DNA of 64,000 bases. Source: the human T2T-CHM13v2.0 reference genome, Homo sapiens. Position 1 is the first letter of the stretch. Every line of letters begins with the position of its first letter. The notes under the pieces are model-generated. The model was given only the letters and a program-made list of their open reading frames with translations, was not told where the DNA came from and made no database searches. The position numbers were made by a program, and so were the translations under genes. The stretch lies in NCBI RefSeq assembly GCF_009914755.1, contig NC_060926.1. One strand, 5' to 3'. Positions 42,421 to 56,903 of the stretch are shown in pieces.

Positions 42421-45409
42421 CAAGTGAACTTAATATGACAGCTAATTATTTCTAAGTAAGCACACCTAGCAAATTTTTGTTTGTTTTACATTTTTATGAT
42501 TGCAGCCAGTGTTGGACTCTCTACTCTAATTCCACATTCCTCCCAGGTTTGTTCTAATTCCATTTCTGTCTTGTATTGTTTTCCGCCTACTCTTTTGTCT
42601 TGGAGCAGATGGCTTATTCCAGTTTATATGTAATAAAAATCTTTACCAGCTGCCTTGATTCTACCTACTTAAAACCTCAGGAAGCCATCTGCTTCTCTCT
42701 GGGCCCTGCACCTGCCCCAGTGTTCAGGTGTTCCTCATTTTCCTTGGCTCACATCTTAGTCTCCTAACTGGTCTCACAGCCCTGCCCTTCTCTGCAAGGA
42801 CCCATCTTCCACATTGTCATGAATGGCAACATTACAAAAGGAAAAACTCAAAGCAATGCTGCCATGCCTAAGGACCCTAACCTCAAGGGACTATGTGACA
42901 TCTGTGTCCAGAATGCTCTGTGACAGCTCCTCAGCCCCATCTCCAGTCCAACCTGGCACTGAGGCCCAGTTAGATGGAACCACTGTGTGTGCTCAGAACA
43001 GGCTGGCTTCTCCCTTGCCCTTGGGTATTTTCTCTGCCTAACAAGCTCTCCTCGATCCCTCCCCTTTGCTGGCTTTCCCTAGATGTGAATGTCACAGTAA
43101 CAAAGCCATGGTAAATGGGTTCCCCGTCATGTCTCCAGCACCCAGCTTAGCACCTGGTATGTACTAAATGAAGACCCTCTGGATGAAGGAACTGTAAGCC
43201 ATTTGAGGTCCAGGTGGCTGTCCTGTAAATGATCTTAAGCACTTTCCCCTCCCACAGGTAGGGTCTAGAGATAGTTTTCTGTGGGTCTTTGCCCAGTTGT
43301 CAAGAGACCCAGAGGCCACAGAACCTCAGCACAATAGTGGTAACTGTGCCATTCAGCTTTCTGCGTCCTCAGACTCCAGCCTTCTTGCTGGATCTCTTGG
43401 ATCTTGGAGTTTCTCTCTTCTTTCTCTTTCCTCCCACATGCAGGAAGCTCAGGCCTGCACACCCGACAGTTGGCAGTGGGAATTGTGTATTACCTGGTTC
43501 CTTTTACCTCACATGAAGCTGACTTTCCCAGCTAAGTCTTTACTCGGTGGGGGCAGGTTATCAGAGGTCCTGGTTATCGAAGTAATATTAAGGCCTTTGT
43601 AGAGAATTGGAAAGCATGGAAAAATGGAAGAAAATCATTACCAACTCCGCCTTTCAAAGGCAACCACTCTTCACACATTTCTAGCCTGTCGTCTGACTTC
43701 TGTCTGCTAGCCATTTTAACAGGAATCCCCAGATTACAACCATGTCTTTACATTTTAACATTTCTTAGGTAAAAATAGTCTTCACTTAGGTGATCCTCCT
43801 AAAGGGAATTATAAAATAATATTTTAAAAGGAAGATTGGAAGATGACAAAATAATCATTTTTATTCATATTGGAATTGGGCCTTGAGGCAATCTACTGTG
43901 TGGAGGTGAGATCACACCTAAGGGATTAAGAAAATGAGGAGGCTGATGCTTGGAAAGAGGCCAGCTGGTGGTAGGTTTTCCAAGTGAAACCAAGGGATGA
44001 GTCAGCAGACAAGCAGCCGGCAAGTGTCCTCCACACCTGGACGCCTGGGTGGAGGTGAGAGAGTGGAACACTTTGAGAGCTCCCTGGCTAGGAAGAAAAG
44101 AGAAAGCTTTTCCCAACAGCCAGTGGAGCAGGAAGGGTTGGCCTGCACAGTGCTATGATGAAATAGCAACCTGTAGAAACTTCTAGATTTCCCACAGTGA
44201 CTTTCTGCACTGTCACTAGAGTGCAGTGCGGGACTCTTCTGGCCACACGGTCCACTTTGGGTCTCCCTAACCAAGCGTGTGGTCTCCCCACCCCTGGGAT
44301 CTTAGATTGTGTCACCATCCTACCTGTATTCAATCTATCGGTCAATAGTTATTGAGCACCTACCACATGCTACCCACTGTATGTAGTGCAGGGTGCTCAG
44401 CAGAGGATTTGCAGGTTAAATCCTACTACATATCTCTTCTCCCCTCTTGGGTTCCCTACAGAGGAAGATGTACGTAGCTAACTCTATATAACAAAGGGCT
44501 AACTTTGTACATGACTGGACAAGCATCCAATAGCATCCCAGTACAGGGCTCCTCTGGTATCTGGGTTGGGTGGGGCCCACAGTAGGGCTCAAGGCTGGAG
44601 AAGAGTGTCACGCTACTGTCCTCCCATCCAATACTAGATGGTTGGGTGTGTGAAACAGACTCTGCGTTTACCTGCACAGCCAGCCATGTGGATGACGGTT
44701 GGAACTGGGAATGTGTGGTGGATGTTTGGGTCTCCTTCTAGAAGGCTCTGACCAGGCACCTTTATTACTCGGGGGCAGGAGAAAGAAAGAGGGCAAGAGG
44801 ATGGCTGGGCCTTCTCTCACGAGGGAGAGGTTGGCCAGATCTGTCCTAAGAAGCACGTCCTTCCTCTGAGTGCTGCAATAAGGGAAAGGGAGCCTACTCC
44901 ACTGGGGCTCAGGAAGTGAGCATGGACCTGGGCACAGCCACGGGCTATCAGCACACCACCAGCCTGCTCCCTGGCCCAAGGCACCCCAGCACATGTCAAC
45001 ACAGCAGATTAGCAACTTCTCCACCTCTGCAGGGTTGGAAAGCAGGCATGGAGGCATAGAGGAGGCATGGAGAGCACTGAGGGGCAGAAAGAGGATAGCC
45101 TTCCTTGGAGAAGAGACATTTAAGCTGGGCCCTGAAGGATGCGTTAAGGATGAGACCGCAGAAGGGCGGTGCTGAGGTCTCAGCGTAGGCCTGTCTGGTT
45201 GGAAGCTAGGTCTTAGCCATTTGGTGGAGGTTTAGGGACTGGGATTCAGCCTCTGGGGGAGGACACTAAGAGTAAGCATGTAGGTTAGGATTCTAGTCCA
45301 GCAAATCAGGACCATAGAACAGGAGTCACAGTGGGAGAGCTGTAGGTTCTTAGGAAACCACAACAGACATACTTACACAGACAAGGAAACACAGTTGGAC
45401 TACCAGCAC

Positions 45410-46300
45410 TTCATTCATCAAACATCATTGAGCATCTAATGTGTATCAGGTTATGTCACAGCCACTGGGGTGACAAGATAGACAAGGCTCCTGTTCACAT
45501 GCAGCTTATGTTCTTGTGGTGGAGACAGGCAACAGACCAGTCACAAAAAATAAGTTAGGGAAATACTGGGATGGTAACTCGCTCTGTGAAGAAACTGTTA
45601 CGTGATTGGGGGAGGGTGGCAGGTATGGAACCTGGAGAGGTGGGGCAGGGACAGTCTCTGAGGGGTGCTGATGAGAAGCAGCTAGGCATGAGAAGATCTG
45701 GGGAGGAGCCAGGCAGAGACCGTAGCATGTGCAAAGTCTCTGAGCTATCGGTGGAATCTAAGAAGGAACCTGGGGAAGCCCTTGAGTGTGGCAGGGTGAG
45801 TGCAAGACTGAGAGTGGAGGGCATGAGGTCAGAGGCGTAGATGGGGCCTTGTCAGGGTGAGGAATTTTAACTAAGATGGGGGCCATTGAATTGTTTAGGC
45901 TGGGGAATGACAAGATCTAATTGACACTGTAGAAGGGCCATTTTATTCTGGGCAGGGTTGAGGCAGGGACTCTGTTAGGTCCACAGGAGAAGAGATGGTG
46001 GCTTGGAGCTGGGTGGTAGCAGAGGGCAAGGAGGGAAGTGAACAGATTTGGAATATTCTTGGGGGTGGGGCCAACAGGACTGGTTAATGGCTCCCGAGAA
46101 GGAAGACTAGAAAGGAAACAGGTTTGGGCAGGAGAAAGGCAAAAGTTTGGCTTTGGCCATTTGAGGAAGAGATGCTAAGTGACAGTGTCAACTCGGCAGT
46201 TAGGTAAGTCTCAATTCCATGGGAGAGGTAAGGACTAAAGAGGCAAATGTAGAAGGCATTAGTTAATAGGCGGTTTGAAGCCATAGGACTGGATGAGATG
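45410..46300 (-). mobile_element. L2 3' region
   Basis: Begins TTCATTCATCAAACATCATTGAGCATCTAATGTG (reverse L2 tail) and continues with purine-rich L2-like text. Confidence 0.6.
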
Positions 46301-46919
46301 TCCTGAGTATGCCAGTGCCTGGGCCTCAGCTGAGGGCAGTTAAGACCACTCCCAAATCCTACTGGCTGGTGGGGAGTGGAGAGGGCAGGGCAGTGTTCAG
46401 CTTACAGGCTGTCAGTCTTTCATAACCATGTGTGGGTGTAGCTGGCTCGGGCTGAGACTGGCACTGCCCCCATGTCTTCTGCATTCCTCCCTGCTTATCT
46501 CCACTCAACATGGTTCCTGGAAGGCCCCATTTTCTTCATACCCCACCAACTGGCCACACCAGTTGGGCTGCAAAGGCCAGAGCATAAGTCTAAATGGTCT
46601 TTGTTTACACATGGCCTCCTTGGTTACCATGTCTTGGTGTCTGCCCTCTGTCTTGGCTGGCTGATGGAGTAAAAACCCATATTTACATTACATGGCATCC
46701 TCTTCAGTTCCTTTAGGACCCTTCATCTCAAGAATTGCAAGAGATTTTAATAGTCATTCAATCTTCATTTTGAAGATGAAAAATTGAGGACCAGAGAAGA
46801 GAAGCGACTTGGCCAAGGTTTCAAAGAAAAGTCAGTAGGAATTGTGAATTCCTGGAGGCCAGGGGCCATTAGTGCTGTTCTTGATCAGTATATGGAGATG
46901 TGAGTTTCAACAGTAACAG

Positions 46920-47150
46920 GGACATTTTAAAATTAAAATGATTTAACCTTTAGAAAATGTCCTATTTTGTAATAATGATGGATTCACAGGAAGGTACAAA
47001 GAAATGTCCAGAGAGTTCCTGAGCCCCCTTCAGCCAGCTTCTTCCAATGTTAACATCTTGCATTATTATAGTACAACATCAAAACTGGGAAATCGATATT
47101 GGTACTGTCCAGATAGCTTACTCAGATTTTGCCAGTTATACTTCCACTCA

Positions 47151-47195
<45 letters not shown>

Positions 47196-49250
47196 CTCTA
47201 TGCAATTTTATGTGTGTAGCTTCATGTAACCACCACAATCACAATACTTAACTATGCCCTCATCACAAGACTCTCTCTTGCTATGCTTTACAGCTGTATC
47301 CTCTTCATCTCCAAACCCTAAGCCCACCTCACCGCCTCCACCATCTCTAATCCCTGGCAACCACTATTCTGTTCTCCATCTCTGTAATTAATTGTGTTAA
47401 TTAATGTTATACAAATGGAATCATGAAGTATGTGTCCTTTGAGATTGGCTTGTTAATTTTTCACTCAGCACAATTTCCTTGAGTTTAATCCAACTTGTGT
47501 GTAGCAGTAATTCTTTCCTTATTATTGCTGAGTAGTATTCCATGGTATGGATGTATCACAGTGTGTTTAATCCTTTGCCCATTGAAGGACATTTGGATAG
47601 TTTCCAGGTTTTGGCTATTATGAATAAAGTGACCATAAAACATTTGTGTACAGATTTTTGTGTGATCATAAATCTTCATTTCTCTGGGATATATGCCCTG
47701 TAATGAAATTGCTGGGTTGTGTGGTAGATTGATTTTTAGTTTTAAAAGGAACTGCCAAATAATTTTCCACAGTGGCTATGCCATTTTACATTTCTACCAG
47801 CAATGTATGAGTGTTTCTCCACATCTTCACTAACAGTTGGTGTCATCACTATTTTTTCATAAACCATTCTTATATGTGTGTAGCGATACATTATTGTGGT
47901 TTTAATATGCATTTTTCTAATGGCTAGTGATGCTGAGTATCTTTTCAAGTGTTTTATTTGCTAATCTATAAGGCCCCTTTCGTAAAATGTTCACTCATTT
48001 TCTAATTAGATATTTTTTTTAATGTTGAGTTTTGAGAGTTCTTTAGATATTTTAGATACAAGTCCATTGTCAAATATGTGATTTACAAATATTTTCTCTC
48101 AATCTGTAATTTAGTTTTCATCCTCTTAACAGGGTCTTTTGGAGAGCAAATAATTTGATTTTCATAAGGTTCAAATTATTAATTTTTTCTTGTATAGTTC
48201 ACACTTCTAGTGTTAAGTCTAAAAACTGTGCCTTGTCATAGGTACCAAAGGTTTTCTCCAGTTTTTTTTCTAGAAGTTTAGAGTTTCATGTTTTACATTG
48301 GAGTCCATGATCCATTGTTAATTAATTTTTGTATATAGGTAGATGTTTAGGTTTAGGGTTTTTTAAAAAAAAATTACATATGTTTAATTGCTCCAGTTCC
48401 CTTTCATTGAAAAGGGTATCCTTCCTCCATTGAATTGCCTTTGTCAGAAATTAATTGGACATATTTGTGTGAGTCTATTTCTGGGCTCTTTATCATGTTA
48501 CTTTTAAAAAATGCATCAGTTCCTCCACCAATACCTCATTGTCTTGATTATTGCAGTTATATAGTAAGCCTTAGCATTAGGAAAAGTGTTTTTCCTGCTT
48601 TATTCTTTTTCAAAAAATTTTTGGATATTCTAGGGCCTTTACATATAAATTTTAAAATAACTTTGTCTATGTCTAACCGAAAGCCTTATGAAGATTTTGA
48701 TAAGAATTGCATTATGCCTATACATTAATTTAAAAAGAACTGATGTCTTTATTCAGTTGATTCTTCTAATCTATGAACATAGCATCTCTCTCAAAGCATT
48801 TAGTCCTTCTTTAATTTCTGTCATTAATTTTTTAAAATTTTCATCCTAAAGATTCTGTATATGTTTTGTTGAATTTATGCTTAAGCATTTCACTTTCTTG
48901 GTAACAATTATAAATGATTTTGTGTTTTTTATTCCACTAGTTCATTTTCAGTGTGTAGAAAAGCAATGAATTTTTGTGTGTTGATCTTTGTTCCTACATC
49001 TTGCAACATTATTGAACTCATTTATTAGTTCTAGGAGGTTTTTTCATTTTTCTTGTAGATACCTTGAGATTTTCTATATAGACAGTCATGTTGTCTGCAA
49101 ACAGGCACAGTTTTATTTCTTCCTTTTCAATCTATATGCCTTTTTTTTTTTTGCCTTATTGCAGTGGCTAGAACTTCTAGCACTATGTCAAATAGCATTG
49201 GTGAAAGCAGACATCCTTGTTCCTTGTCTTAGAGGAACATTTGGTCTTTA
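46920..49250 (-). mobile_element. L1MB/MC fragment with (TG)n microsatellite at 47153-47193
   Basis: T-rich reverse L1 text; minus-strand peptides such as KRYSASLAIRKMHIKTT match the L1 ORF2 C-terminus. Confidence 0.75.
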
Positions 49251-50465
49251 ATCTTGATTTAAAAAATTCCTTGCACTAAGTTACCGTGTTTTGCGGGAGG
49301 GAGAGGTGGGGTGAGGTGGGGGATTCCCCCTTATGTTTACAAGCTGGGATTTTTTTTTTCCTGTGTCTAATTATTTTCCTCATTGGCTTGAAAAATCTGA
49401 TAAAACATTTTAGGACTGTGTATAAAATAGAATTAGCCAAGTGCAATGTCTTTATTCAGAAGAAATTTCATGGACGTTGTGCCTACTCTCTTGGCTTCCT
49501 GGCTTCATGGCTTTCCAGATCCCACAGTAAGCTCTGGATAGTAGAAGTTATAGTAAGACTGACTTCTAAATAAATGAAGTGACTTTAACCTTACTGATAT
49601 GGCTTAAAGAAAAGGAGTGGCCTTTAAGATCCATGAACTTCTCAAACAAAAGTGATAACGTTATCTCCATGCATATATAATACTAAATATAATGCAACTG
49701 AGAGAAGTAGGCTGTGGTAAGAAAGGAGACCCAAGTGCCATCTGAAGGCAGCACTTACCACTCTGCTTCATCCCACCGAGGAAACAAAGCATGAGTATTG
49801 CCAGATTTTCTTCTGTTTCAAGAAAAGCCAGAAATCCAGGTTTTTGCGTGAAATGTCCTGATTTTAATGTTGGGAACTAATTTATATTTTGAAATAACAT
49901 TGTGTGGGACAAGTGAACTTGTATGTGGAACTGCTTTCTCCCAGTGGCGACCAGTTTGGACCGTTGATACTCAGCAAGTTCAGCCAAGTGCGCCTTGTCA
50001 TTGTCAGTCATCAAGGTGATGTGTGATTGGTCAAGCAATTAGTTTTGCTCAGCATCTCGTGTGTTTTCAAAGGACCTGAGGGTTCATTTGCCCATGCAGA
50101 TCTTGTAGTCCTGTTTATTCTATTAATTTATCTTGCAAATCTATAATGTTTTATTTTAAGCAGCGAGAGCCGTGGCAGCCTTTGGTCTGGACCCTTTCTA
50201 ATGATCATTTAGTATCAGGCTATGTGGGAGTTGATTGTTTTGCATTGCCTGAAAGCCAACAGTATCACTCCTCCTCTAGGTGTGGCAGAGATGTGAGAGA
50301 GGGAGACTGACAGTCTGTGGGTGTGTATGCAGTGTTGGGGGAAGCGAGGCACAGGGGACAATACTGTGGTGTAGAAAACTAGTCTAAGGTAGCATCAGGA
50401 AGTTCATGAAGCCAAAATGATTTTCATAACAGCACAAGACATTATTTGTTTTTGCCTCCCTCTCA

Positions 50466-50675
50466 TTTTTTTTTTTTTTTGAGACAGAGTCTTGCTCTGT
50501 CATCCATGCTCGTGTGCAGTGGTGCAATCTCGGCTCACTGCAACCTCCACCTCCAGGGTTCAAGCAATTCTCATGCCTCAGCCTCCTGAGTAGCTGATTA
50601 CAGGTCTGCACCACCCCGCCGGCTAGTTTTTGTATTTTTAGTAGAGATGGGGTTTTGTAATGTTGGCCAGGCTGC
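50466..50675 (-). mobile_element. 5'-truncated AluS
   Basis: Reverse right arm and part of the left arm. Confidence 0.85.
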
Positions 50676-50989
50676 CCTGTCATTTTTTTTTTACTAGTGT
50701 CCAGTGGAGTTTTTTAGGGGCTACATAACATGATACTGTCATTAATCTAATGGCTAATGAAAGGGATATGTATATGTTTTTGTGTTTAAAACAAACTTCT
50801 TTGGGGTCCTCAATAATTTTTAAGAGTATAAAGGGGTCCTGAGATCAAAGAGTTTGAGTTCTGCTGGACTGGGACAGTGGTTGTCAACCCAGATTGTACA
50901 TTAGGGTCATCTGGGAAGCTTTAAAATAGTACTGATGCCCAACCTTACCGCAAACCAATTAAGCCAGAATCTCTGTGGATGAGAAGTCT

Positions 50990-51141
50990 TCATTGTCATC
51001 ATCACCATGACCATCATCGTCACCGTCACTACACCATTATCATCATCATCATATCATCTTCATTATCATTGTTAGTATCTCCATCACCATCATCAGCATC
51101 ACCATTATTATCATCATCATCATCCCCACCATCATCCTCAT
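50990..51141 (+). repeat. Degenerate (CAT/CAC)n trinucleotide repeat
   Basis: CATCATCACCATGACCATCATC... directly visible. Confidence 0.9.
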
Positions 51142-51421
51142 CGGAACTTCACCTGCATGGAGGACAATCCACTATGCATTAGGTGCTATGCTATTTGCTA
51201 TACTCCTTATTCTCACAACTGCCCAGAGAGGCTGATATTATCTCACTTTATAACAGGAGGAATCTGGATCGGAAAAGTTAAGGTAAGCTAATTCACAGAG
51301 CGAGAAGAGATAGAGCCAGGATTCGAAACCAGTTCTCTGCTACATCAATGTTCCCAGTCCTTGCACTATTGAGAACCTCTTTAGTTATGCTTTCACCCCT
51401 CCAACACCACAGTAAATTTTT

Positions 51422-52123
51422 TCTTTTTTTAAAAAAATTATACTTTAAGTTATAGGGTATATGTGCATAATGTGCAGGTTTGTTACATATGTATACATGT
51501 GCCATGTTGGTGTGCTGCACTCATTAACTCGTCATTTACATTAGGTATATCTTCTAATGCTATCCCTCCCCGCTCTCCCCACCCCATGACAGGCCCTGGT
51601 GTGTGATGTTCCCCACCCTGTGTCCAAGTGTTCTCATTGTTCAGTTCCCACCTATGAGTGAGAACATGTGGTGTTTGGTTTTCTGTCCTTGTGATAGTTT
51701 GCTCAGAATGATGGTTTCCAGCTTCATCCACGTCCCTACAAAGGATATGAACTCATCCTTTTTTATGGCTGCATAGTATTCCATGGTGTATGTGTGCCAC
51801 ATTTTCTTAATCCAGTCTATCATTGCTGGACATTTGGGTTGGTTCCAAGTCTTTGCTATTGTGAATAGTGCCACAGTGAACATTCATGTGCATGTGTCTT
51901 TATAGCAGCATGATTTATAATCCTTTGGGTATATACCCAGTAATGGGATGGCTAGGTCAAATGGTATTTCTAGTTCTAGATCCTTGAGGAATTGCCACAC
52001 TGTCTACCACAATGGTTGAATTAGTTTATAGCCCCACCAACAGTGTAAAAGCATTCCTATTTCTCCACATCCTCTCCAGCACCTGTTGTTTCGTGACTTT
52101 TTAGTGATTGCCATTCTAACTGG
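51422..52123 (-). mobile_element. L1PA 3' end
   Basis: Reverse L1 3'UTR and ORF2 end; exact 17-bp TSD CACCACAGTAAATTTTT (51405-51421, 52124-52140). Confidence 0.93.
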
Positions 52124-52539
52124 CACCACAGTAAATTTTTATAGATTTTATAAGCAAATTGTATTTACTGTGCAAGAATTGGTTTATTTTTTAAACCATG
52201 TGTTGCAAACATACAATGGTTAATTGTGATATTTGCTCAGTACAAGATCATCAGATCACTACACAGACTTGAGGTAATTCCACCTAAAAGCAAAGAGAAC
52301 TGACCCCACATTAACTGAGAAGTCTTTACTTATTTATTCCCTATAAACGAGCCAATATGAAGAGAAGGCCTTAATGTGGTTAACTATGTAATTTTTTTCT
52401 GACTTTTTGAAATACTGAGAAGAGCTCATGACTCTCCCATCTCCTAATTCTACCTTGGTGGATTTTAGACTGACCACAACTCATGGGTAAATGAGGGAAG
52501 ACGAATAAGAAACCTTGCTTTTTTTTCCTCCTTGTTTTT

Positions 52540-52842
52540 GGCTGGCTGCAGTGGCTCACACCTGTAATCTCATCACTTTGGGAGGCCAAGGTGGGAAGAT
52601 CACTTGAGCTCAGGATTTCAAAACTGGCCTGGGCAACATAGTGAGACCCCATCTCTAAAAAAAAAAAAAAAAAAAAAAAAGGCGACAGGCGGTGCGTGCC
52701 TGTAATCCTACCTACTCAAGAAGCCGAGGTGGAAAGATCACTTGAGCATGGGAGGTCAAAGCTGCAGTGAACCTTGATTGCACCACTTCATTCCAGCCTG
52801 GGTGACAAAGCAGGACGCTGCCTCAAGAAAACAAAAACAAAA
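52540..52842 (+). mobile_element. AluJ
   Basis: Alu dimer with a long central A tract. Confidence 0.85.
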
Positions 52843-53624
52843 CCTTAATTTTTTGGCTATTCTTTTCTGGTAAGAATGGTATAGAGATGGGGATGAGGAT
52901 GGCTATTGTATGAGAGAGCAAACAGGGTCCAAGCAGTGCTCTGGGCTGTCTAAGGACCAGTAGTCAGCTTAACTTCTCAAATTTCCAGGGAAGGAGTTCG
53001 GAGTGGTAGAATATCCTGGGTATGCCCAAAGCATCACCTTGCAAATAGCCTGTCATGAATAATTTGTTTCATTTGTTATGACTGGAAACTGGCTTTGTGT
53101 ATGCCAGAGAATGGGGGCAGGAAAGAGAGATTGGTGTCTTGAGCTCTCTGTGCCTCTGGGGCAGTGATGCTTTTCCTCTCATGTGGAAGGAGAGCATGAC
53201 TGAAAAGGTGCACAAATAAGGTGTCTGTGAGAGAAATTAACCTTCCAGATACAGAGACACAACCTTCCCCAAGAGGTCCTCATTGCTCTGCCTTTTTTCC
53301 TTTTTTTTGCTTGTTCTACCATTAATAACAGAAACTGATTATGACCTCAAAAGAGAGGAGAAAGCGACTCTCCCCACCCTAGAGCTAGTTAACCACCATA
53401 TCTTCCTAGATCTCAGTTCAAGAGTCACTTCCATCCCCAATAAAAGCCCTTGAGTGCTGAGCACCTCTCCGTCATAGCATTTGTCCTAGGGGTTTTTGTA
53501 CATTTTCTTGTGTGAAACTTGGGTTGACATCTGTATTTCCGACTAGATTACAGTTTCCTCAAGGGTAGGGATGTCTTGCTTGCCATTTTCAGTTCCAGCA
53601 TCTAGACAGTACCTCAAGCAAACA

Positions 53625-53900
53625 AGGCCGAGGGGGGTGCGGATCACAAGGTCAGGAGTTCGAGACCAGCCTGATGAACATGGTGAAACCCCGTCTCTAC
53701 TAAAAATATAAAAATTAGCCAGGCGTGGTGGCAGGTGCCTGTAATTCCAGCTACTCAGGAGTCTGAGGTAGGAGAATCGCTTGAACCCGGGAGGTGGAGG
53801 TTGCAGTGACCTGAGATCCACTGCACTCCAGCTTGGGTGACAGAGCAAGACTTCGTCTCAAAAAAAAAAAAAAAAAAAAGAAAGAAAAAAGAAAATAAAA
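53625..53900 (+). mobile_element. 5'-truncated AluS
   Basis: Starts at GGCCGAGG; poly(A) tail. Confidence 0.85.
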
Positions 53901-54058
53901 TGAATGAATGAGTGAGATGAATGAGTTAGCAGTGTTGGATTTAAGTGTCAGATTCTTCCCAGCTTGACTTTTTTCTTTGGCTTAGTGATTTTGAGGTCCC
54001 AAGATTTATTTTCCTTTCACAAAGGTGATCACTACCATAAGATCTTCAGAAAAGGAAA

Positions 54059-54709
54059 TGTGGCAGGCCAGGTCTCACTAATGCAGATCTCTATAACAAC
54101 TGTTTCAGTACTGACTAAATGGTTAAGTTAAATATTAAAAACCAGTGTTCTTATACAAAGGCTGGAATGTAACAAAAGCCCATCAAGAGTTTTGCCCAGG
54201 CCTTTTCTGGGCCTTAAAATATGACAAAATAAAGAAGGAATTCTTAACAGGACCCATTTAGGATTAAACAAGTTTTATTGTGGGTCTGAAGAAACTCCCC
54301 AGGCCTCCACAAACAAGTTTATTGGTGCTCTAAAGGAACTCCCCAAACCTCCATGATTTAGCAGGGGACAAGATAAGGGTAATTACCCCAGCACCTGGAC
54401 CCATTTAGATTAAGTAAATTTACTGAGGCTCCAGGGGAAGATCTTCCGGACTCAGACCTTAGTTACAGATTAAAAGAAGTTAATCACTTACGTCTTCAGG
54501 TGAATGCACACTTACACGTAGACATATAGCTTAGAAGGTATATAAGCTCTGGAAAACGTCATAATTTTGAGTTGGCCTGGTGATGATTTCCAGGCCTTCT
54601 CCCTGTAACTGGTTGCAGAAATAAAAACTCTCTTCCTCCCCAGCTCATCTGCATCTTGTTATTGGGCCATGAGAAATAGCAGCCCAACCCTCAGTTTGGT
54701 CCTGGAACA
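54059..54709 (+). mobile_element. Solo ERV1 LTR (LTR15-like; family tentative)
   Basis: TGTGGCAGGCCAGG ... GGTCCTGGAACA; TATATAA at ~54539, AATAAA at ~54619; exact 4-bp TSD GAAA (54055-54058, 54710-54713). Confidence 0.75.
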
Positions 54710-54729
54710 GAAACTCTGGATGAACACTA

Positions 54730-54930
54730 TCAATAGAGCTCTTTGCCATGATGGAAATGTTCTATATGTTTGCTGTACAGTAGTCATTAGTCACATGTGG
54801 CTGCTGAGCACTTGAAATGTGGCTAGTGAGATGAAGGAACTGAGTTTTTAATATTACTCAATTTTACTTAGTTTAAACTTCAATAGCTACACATGGCTAG
54901 TGGCTACTGTATTGAATAGTGCAGTTCTAA
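54730..54930. mobile_element. hAT-Charlie MITE (MER3/MER33-like)
   Basis: CAATAGAGCTCTTTGCCATGATGGAAATGTTCTATA...CACATGTGGCTGCTGAGCACTTGAAATGTGGCTAGTG. Confidence 0.7.
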
Positions 54931-55408
54931 ACTATGTACTTCAAGTAGAAGGAAAATGATCCCAGAGGGGAGTCATAAATAGAAGAAGAAACGAAGAGCA
55001 AAGAAAATTCTAAATATATGCAAAAATGTAAATGAACACTCATGCTATAAAATAATGCTATTTTAGAAAGTTTTAAAAGTATACGGTATTAACATATATG
55101 ACATTAAAAGCATGTAAGTTGGGAGAGGATTGAGGTAAGTGAAGGTGTTCTGTGGGCCTTAAATTAGATGGGAGGAAAATAAAGCTACTCATTAACATTA
55201 GTTTTTTAAATAAATTAAGGATCCATGGATTACAGAGTAATTTTAGGTAAGTGCTAAAAAATAGAAAATAAATGCATAAGTTTCAAACTAGTAGGAAGAA
55301 AAATGAAATGATAGAAAATATTCAAACTAAAAGAAAGCAAGGGGGAGAAGAAACAGAATGAGAATAATGAATAGAAAACACTATAACTGTCGTAGATTTT
55401 CAGTCCAA

Positions 55409-56433
<1,025 letters not shown>

Positions 56434-56598
56434 TTAAAAGAAAGCAGCTGTATCTGACAAAGTGGACTTTAAGGCAATAAGCATTGGTAGACATAAAGAG
56501 TGTGTCTCCTTAAAGATAAAAGCTTCAGTTCACCAGGGAGATATAACGATTCTAAATTGGAATTGGCTCTGGAATTAGTCAGATTTGGGTGCAAATTT

Positions 56599-56903
<305 letters not shown>

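Noticed and set aside
50979-51182. His/Ile/Ser-rich ORF
   Set aside because: Translation of a (CAT)n repeat.
51313-51340. tRNA-like B-box GGATTCGAAACC
   Set aside because: Part of a reverse MIR head; no cloverleaf.
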